DNA of 56,766 nucleotides, the filler included, from Basidioascus undulatus (Eukaryota), in assembly GCA_000826855.1 (NCBI GenBank). It is 5 parts of 5 records of this genome, joined end to end, with 100 filler letters (N's around TTAATTAATTAA, not from the genome) between each part and the next. Parts side by side here need not be neighbours in the genome. Positions count along the whole stretch, not along the records: positions 46,119 to 56,766 come from JTLS01001105.1; 4 more parts are not named here. One strand, written 5' to 3'. Below, one piece after another: positions 50,936-56,766 of the stretch. Position numbers and translations under genes: made by a program. The notes under the pieces were generated by a model. That model made no database searches, had not been told where the DNA came from, and saw nothing but the letters and a program-made list of their open reading frames with translations. Within the stretch, counting starts at the first letter, position 1. Each line of letters opens with the position of its first letter.

Positions 50936-53451
50936 ATGGCTGACGATGATTCACTTCGCGCTCAATTGCACATCGTTTTGTTACTAATCTTGGGACTCCA
51001 TCTGACGACGCTGTGGGGTGAGCAGGGATCGTCTGACGCCGGACCAGCTCGAGGTCTGTGGTCTGTCGGCGCAGGTTCTTCTTCGTCGCGTCTCGCTCAC
51101 GCGACTGTTGTTTAGCATATTCGATCAACCAGCTTCGAAAACATCGCACGCGCCGACAAGCCTGACCTAGTCTCTGCCCTCCTCGCGGCTGACCGGCCAG
51201 CCCTGCTCTCGACGCTCCCGACCGTGGACCTCGGACTCGGTCGCCCACCGTCCTCGCCATCTCGCCCTTCACCATCGCCCTCGCGCCGAGCTTCCCCGCT
51301 GCCTCACTTTCGGAGACCGACATCGCTCCTGTCCTCCCATTCCGCCTTCTCCAGCTTCTCGGGAACCGCGACTCCCGCTCCCGCGACGACGACGGTCTCC
51401 ACCCTCGCCGGCGGTGTCCTGCTCCCAGAATCGGACGGCTCGGCAAGCTACCAGCCCTCGCGCATCAACAGCCTCCTCGCGTCATCCACGGACTCCTCGC
51501 CTCCAAGCGAGGCTCCTTTCGCTCAGAGCGATGCGGGCTCGAGCGACGGCGGCGATGGTCAGGATGAAGAGCGGGACGAGCGCGAGGGCGAGGACGCGCG
51601 CGCGCTGCTCAGGGCACAGCTGAAGCGTTCGCGCACGGCGAGCGCAGAAGGGAGACTACCGAGGAGAAGAGGCAAGGGCAAGCTTCCCGCAGATGCCGAC
51701 GCCGACGCGGCTTCGGTTGTCTCTGCTGCGTCTGACGCGTCGAGCGAGAGACGCTACTTCGTGCTCACGTCCGCTGGGAAGCCGGTTTTCACCTCGTGTG
51801 TCCTTCGCTCTTCTCACCATCTCGTAGCCATTGTTGACAACTCTGACAGGCAAGAGGTCAACGAGGACGACGACACCACCTCAGCTATGGGCGTCATGCA
51901 AGCGCTCATCTCGATCTTTGCCGACGACGACGACAAGATTCGGTGCGTCCAGTCTATACTACGCCCAGGATTTTGGATGCTGAACTTTTCTTTATACGCA
52001 GGTCAATCAAGGCTGGCTCTCTGCGCATCACCTTCCTCCTCCGCGCGCCGCTGTACTACGTATGCGTGTCCACTCTGGGCGAACCGGAGTCTGTGGTATG
52101 TTGTTCGCTCGAGGCCGCTATCGCCCTTGTTGATGCTCCACACACAGTCTCGGCTTCATCTCGAATATTTGCACCTTCAAATCCTCTCCGTCGTATCGTC
52201 CGCGCAGCTGCATCGGATCTTCTCCAAGCGGAGCAACTTCGACTTGCGGAGACTACTGGAAGGTCCGTTGTGGATTGTCTTAAGATCACAAAACCCGCTA
52301 ATCGTCATGTGAGGCTGGCAGGAACCGAGGGTTTCCTCCGCTCGCTCCTCGTGCGCCTGAGGGACGACTTCTCCATCCTGCTTGCTGGCTTGCAGCCGCT
52401 GCGCATGGAGCCTGGCTTGCGACAGTCGGTCGGCGAATCGTTGTTGCCGCCAAAGGAAATCAGGGTGCGTGAACATTATTATCTCGAACCGTCTTGCAGT
52501 CTCTTACAACTTTGAAGCGCAGGCCAACCTCCTCTACGTTATCCTTCTCTCGCACGGCAAGGTCGTGACCCTTCTCCGTCCCCGCAAGCACTCAATTCAT
52601 CCATCAGGTTCGCAACCATTTTTCCATTTTCGTCTGCCATGGCGGCCTCTCTTATGCCCTTCCCCTTGTCGCAGACTTGCACCTCCTCCTCAACACCGTC
52701 CTCTCCTCCACCTCACTGCGCACGTCCGAGTCCTGGCTCCCCATCTGTCTCCCGCGCCTTGACTCGTCATCTTTCGTCCACACCTACGTCGCGTTCGAGA
52801 CCACCTTACCTGACGTAGGGCTCGTGTGCGTCAGCAAGGATCGGGAGGGCTTTTTCGCGCTCAGCGGGTGGTGGCGCGAGGTTGCGGAGACGCTGCGGGA
52901 GAAGGGCGTGATGGAGGGACTCGATAAGGCGGGCGAGACGCAGGCGTATGGGCTTGGTGCGTCGATGGACCCTGATAAGGCTTCTACAGAAGACTGACTG
53001 CTGCGATATAGGCGACGTCGCAGTTCCTGGTCTACGGCACTTCGTCTACAAGTCCCGGCAGAACATGCAGGTCACCTCGCCCTCTTTCGAAGCACCTTAC
53101 GATGAAAAATCCTCTCAGCGTCGGTGTGTAATCCTTTCGTTCCTCGTTCCTCGTTCCCGCTTCCTTTCTCGTTCTTGCTCACGCCTTCTGCGCGACCGCT
53201 TCCACAGCCTCCTCCACCTCTACCAGCACCTCCACTACGCGCTGCACGCCCGCTCGCCGTCGACGACCTTCCACTACATCCGCACCGAAGAAGAGGCCGC
53301 GCTAGGCTGGCTCACGCAGCCTTTCGAGGTGTACATTGCGCTCCCTGGGGGAATGCCGAAGAGCGCGGCTGTCGCTGCAGCCAACGGGGTTGTGCGTTGG
53401 GTGAGGAGAGAAGAGGCGCGGCTGTTTTTGGGGAACGCGCCTGTATTTTGA
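50936..53451 (+). CDS. MON1: Vacuolar fusion protein Mon1 (Mon1-Ccz1 GEF for Ypt7/Rab7), multi-exon; start exon inferred
   Basis: YFVLTSAGKPVF, MGVMQALISIF, EYLHLQILS..NFDLRRLLEGTE, RPRKHSIHPSDLHLL, ESWLPICLP, LRHFVYKSR, WVRREEARLFL. Stop TGA at 53449-53451. Confidence 0.93.
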
Positions 53452-53544
53452 TGATCGCATACATCCTGCAAGTAGCACTGCCGAGTGAATGGAAGTCTGT
53501 TTCATCTCACGATGTTGCGCTACGGCAGTTGTCTCGCGCTGGCA

Positions 53545-53618
53545 TGCCCGCTACCGTGTTCGAGAGCGTGTAAAGGCGCATTGCCCGCTACCGTGTTCGA
53601 GAGCGTGTAAAGGCGCAT
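53545..53618 (+). repeat. 37-bp perfect tandem duplication
   Basis: TGCCCGCTACCGTGTTCGAGAGCGTGTAAAGGCGCAT at 53545-53581 and 53582-53618. Confidence 0.95.
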
Positions 53619-53909
53619 ACTTCCCGACCATAAAAGACCTATACGTGTGAAACTGCATGTTATTTCGCATGCGGATGTTGCCTCCGGAAATTTTCGGCCC
53701 ACCAGGAAGATTCAGTCGCTTGATAGCTCAATCAGCGAACGTGCGTCACTTTTGTGATGATGAGGCCGTTGCAGGGTCCCCACAGGCACGCAAAGCCTCG
53801 AACAGTCATACAAAGTACACTTGTTTCATCATCAAGTTCAAGGTGACAGATCGCGTCATTCAAGTTTCACCTCGCACGCATGCCGCCCACAATCTTGTCT
53901 TCGGCAGGT

Positions 53910-55741
53910 TTACTGCTTGTACGACCCGTTCGACTCCGCATCCACCATCATGAAGTACGGGCTGCTCATGAAGTATCCGGCAGCCTCCGTCCCGACGGCA
54001 TCCTGCAAAGCCGATCCAACCCCGCATGGGGTGCCTGTCAGTTGAAGACTCCTTCGCACACTGCGCTGTGAGAGGCAAACCCCCTGCAATATGACGCACG
54101 AAAGTGAACTGCGCCTCGGCGTCAGAGATCTTGATCGTCTGCGAGTTGGTCCCAGCCGCAGCGGCATCCGCGAGAAGCTGGACCTGGCAGCACTTCTCCA
54201 TCCTGTTGTGTTGGTATGGCTCGAAGTTAGTCTTGAATGGACCCCGAACGCGAGGCAAGTAAAGTCGCACACGATGAACCAGGCAACCGCAGACTCGATG
54301 GTCTAGTTTCGAGTCATAAGCTTAAGTGACACTCGCACGGCGGGGACAGCTCAATCACAAACCCACCTTGCCGACGCTGAGAATGCCTGTTCGCTTGCCC
54401 CGGACTGAGCGACACACAGTAAATGACTACACAGAGAATGCGCACCGTGGTTCTGCATAATGAGCGCCTTGTTGTCCCCAAGATACTCGCAGATCCGGGC
54501 CGACTCCTCAGCCTCGAGAACGACTGTAGCCGTATACCCGCCAGCGTCAGCATGTCCGTCGTTGTCTTAGCAGTGAAATAAGCCTTACCGCCACCGAAGC
54601 TTGGGTAAAGGTTGTGGTGGTTGAAAAAGACTGAATTGCAGCGGAGGATCGTCAGCAACGAAGAGGGCACCCGGCAAGGGCAAGGAGATGCGACCAACCG
54701 CAGCTGTCCTGAATGTGAAAATGTTGTCAGCCATGCCAGATGGTCGGAAGGATTTCGGGGCAAACCTGAGTCGTAATGTCAAGCCTGCACATAAATTGAC
54801 GTCAATATCGCATGTACAAACATTAGATGGCCATCTGCGCTCACTTCTTCCCGAGGGTGGAGAAGGCCTTGCCGTAACTGTGTGTGAACGCGTCAACCAA
54901 CAATATTCTATTCCGAGGGACCTCGTTTACTTACACCGAGTGCGAATGGCATGCAGCGTCACTACCCCCCCGCGCCGCATGAGCTTTCTTCAAATAACGG
55001 AAAACAGCGTTCGAAAGGGGACATACACATCCGGACGCGCGGCATGAATAGCAGAATGGATCACGAAGGCAGCCTTGTTGTAGAACTGCCTGTCCGGCTT
55101 TCCGCCTCCGACAATCTCGCCGTGGTGGTCGACCTGTGAAGGTGACCGCTCAAGTCAGAAGGCGAGCGGTAAAAGCAAAGATGAGGGGAAGGTTACGGAC
55201 GAGCAGCAGGTCCGAAACAGTCATGAGCGAGAAAGGGATGCCGAAGGGCTTTTTGGGGAAAATACAAGGTTCAGACTCTCTTGGTCGTGATGGGGCAATC
55301 CGGAAGAGTACGCACGTTGACCCAGAAGCAGTCCTTCCTCTCCGGATCGCGGACCGTCAGATGACCGGCGACAGTCTCGTCGAATCCGAGTTTACCAAAG
55401 ACACTAGAGATTGAGATAGCACGTTTAGCATGAAGCAAGAACGTCAATTCAAAGGAGTCTGCGCACCGGAAAGCGGCAGCCAAGCGCTCCTTCAACCCCT
55501 GGCGCTCCTCCTCGACAGATGAATAAGTGGGCGGCTTGAGGAACGTGAACCCGTCTGGGCAGAACCAACGGCAGTGTCAGAATGAGACTTGCGAATGGGC
55601 AGAAGATGAGACATATGCACTGGGATTCTTCTGCTTCGACTCGCGGCGCTCCGAGTCCGCCTTGGGGCCGGTAGTGGCCTTCGGGTGCATGTGCGCCGAC
55701 TCGGACGCAGGGAACTCCTCAGTCGCAACAGACGGGGTCAT
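53910..55741 (-). CDS. Class II aldolase/adducin-domain protein (Mug14-like), multi-exon
   Basis: KERLAAAFR|VFGKLGFDETVAGHLTVRDPE..FWVN|PFGIPFS..AAFVIHSAIHAARPDVDAACHSHS..ALIMQNHG..TIESAVAWF..MEKCCQVQLLA. Zn-binding histidines are present. Confidence 0.92.
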
Positions 55742-56482
55742 GATGAAGCGTTTGGAGCAGGGATTACAGTGGCTCAGGCGAACTAGAGCGGGTTGAATGG
55801 TGGCGAATCGGGGGTTCCAGATGAAGGTGCGGTAGAGTGCAGGAAGGAATGGATGGTGGTCAAGTGGCCGCAGACCGCGTGGGGACGCTTCGGTAAACGG
55901 CGTTGTGCCTCGGCAGGACCGGTTGATGCTAACTGCCGAGAATTTCTAAGTTGCTGTGATCTGCCGCTTTCCGCGGCATGCAAAGCGGGAGGCGATTGAA
56001 GGAGAAACAGGCGAGATCACATGAGGTCACAACGCAACGCATGAGCGACAAACAAGGAACTGCCGAGCTAGATCAGCCGTCGAAGTTGGAAGGGTTGGAC
56101 TGTACAAGTAGATTCACAAAGGATGTCCAAAATTAATGCAGCAAGAAAGTCCATGAAACGGGAGGCGCGTTGCTTCGACTTCACCTTGCAATAAGGCACC
56201 GCATCGAGCAAATTAGCTGGCATGTGGCAGCGGTAGAGGCACCAAAAAACCCCGAAGTAACTCCAGTCAACTGCCAGAAGGGAAAGAGATTATGTATGAA
56301 TTAAGAATATGAAGCCGGTTTGGGAAGCGTTTTGCAGAAGGCAGTCGTACTGTCTGGCAGGAACAGACACTGTATTGGGCACGAGCTGTGAAAGCTGACA
56401 GCCACTGCTTCCACTCTTCGGAGACGGAAGAAGTATAAAATGTGTTTGGATAGCTCGTCCTGCTCCTCGCCTGCCCCCATGC

Positions 56483-56752
56483 TCACGCTGCTGCAACAGC
56501 GTCTTTCCTCCTCACCATATGCGCCGCATACGGATTCAAGCTGTTCCACGAAAGCGGCCTCGGCCTCCCTCCCTCTTCTCCCACCTGCGGCGGGAGCGTT
56601 TGCCCTTGCTGGGCCTGCACGACCGCGCGGAAGATCTCGGTGCGCGCGTGGTCGAGCTCGGCGCGACGTTGGCGCAGCGTCGAGGTCGCCGATGAGACTT
56701 GGATTTGCATCGTGGAGAGGCGGCTATTGGCTTCTTGGAGTTGGGAGCGGAG
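56483..56752 (-). CDS. Terminal exon of an unknown coiled-coil protein
   Basis: CAG acceptor, then LRSQLQEANSRLSTMQIQVSSATSTLRQRRAELDHARTEIFRAVV.. to TGA. Confidence 0.45.
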   Translation of the reverse strand, partial: LRSQLQEANSRLSTMQIQVSSATSTLRQRRAELDHARTEIFRAVVQAQQGQTLPPQVGEEGGRPRPLSWNSLNPYAAHMVRRKDAVAAA

Positions 56753-56766
56753 CTGTGGGCGTGAAT

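Overview
Eukaryotic, GC-rich, intron-dense fungal DNA, most likely a basidiomycete (about 55-65 nt GT-AG introns with GTGCGT/GTACGT/GTGAGT donors and CTGAC/CTAAC branch sites). The window is not one locus: five contigs are joined by identical 100-nt spacers (N44-TTAATTAATTAA-N44), with segment lengths 13768, 10651, 10650, 10649 and 10648 bp, so adjacency across spacers is probably artificial. Recognisable housekeeping genes are IPI1, the C-terminal part of NUP159/NUP146, DBR1, POL2, the N-terminal part of MDN1/REA1 and MON1. Also present are a class II aldolase/adducin, an expansin-like DPBB protein, a Zn2Cys6 transcription factor, an F-box-like protein and an intronless tRNA-Cys(GCA). Between them lie decayed accessory genes (RNase III-like, F-box-like, cytochrome P450, F-box/LRR-like) and a Ty1/copia remnant. 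I found no convincing novel multi-gene system. The best leads are a possible membrane-anchor exon on MON1, a GC-AG in-frame intron in DBR1, an F-box paralog broken by TAG codons, an RNase III pseudogene and a Cys-to-His change in the POL2 CysB motif. All gene models were built by eye and no database searches were run.
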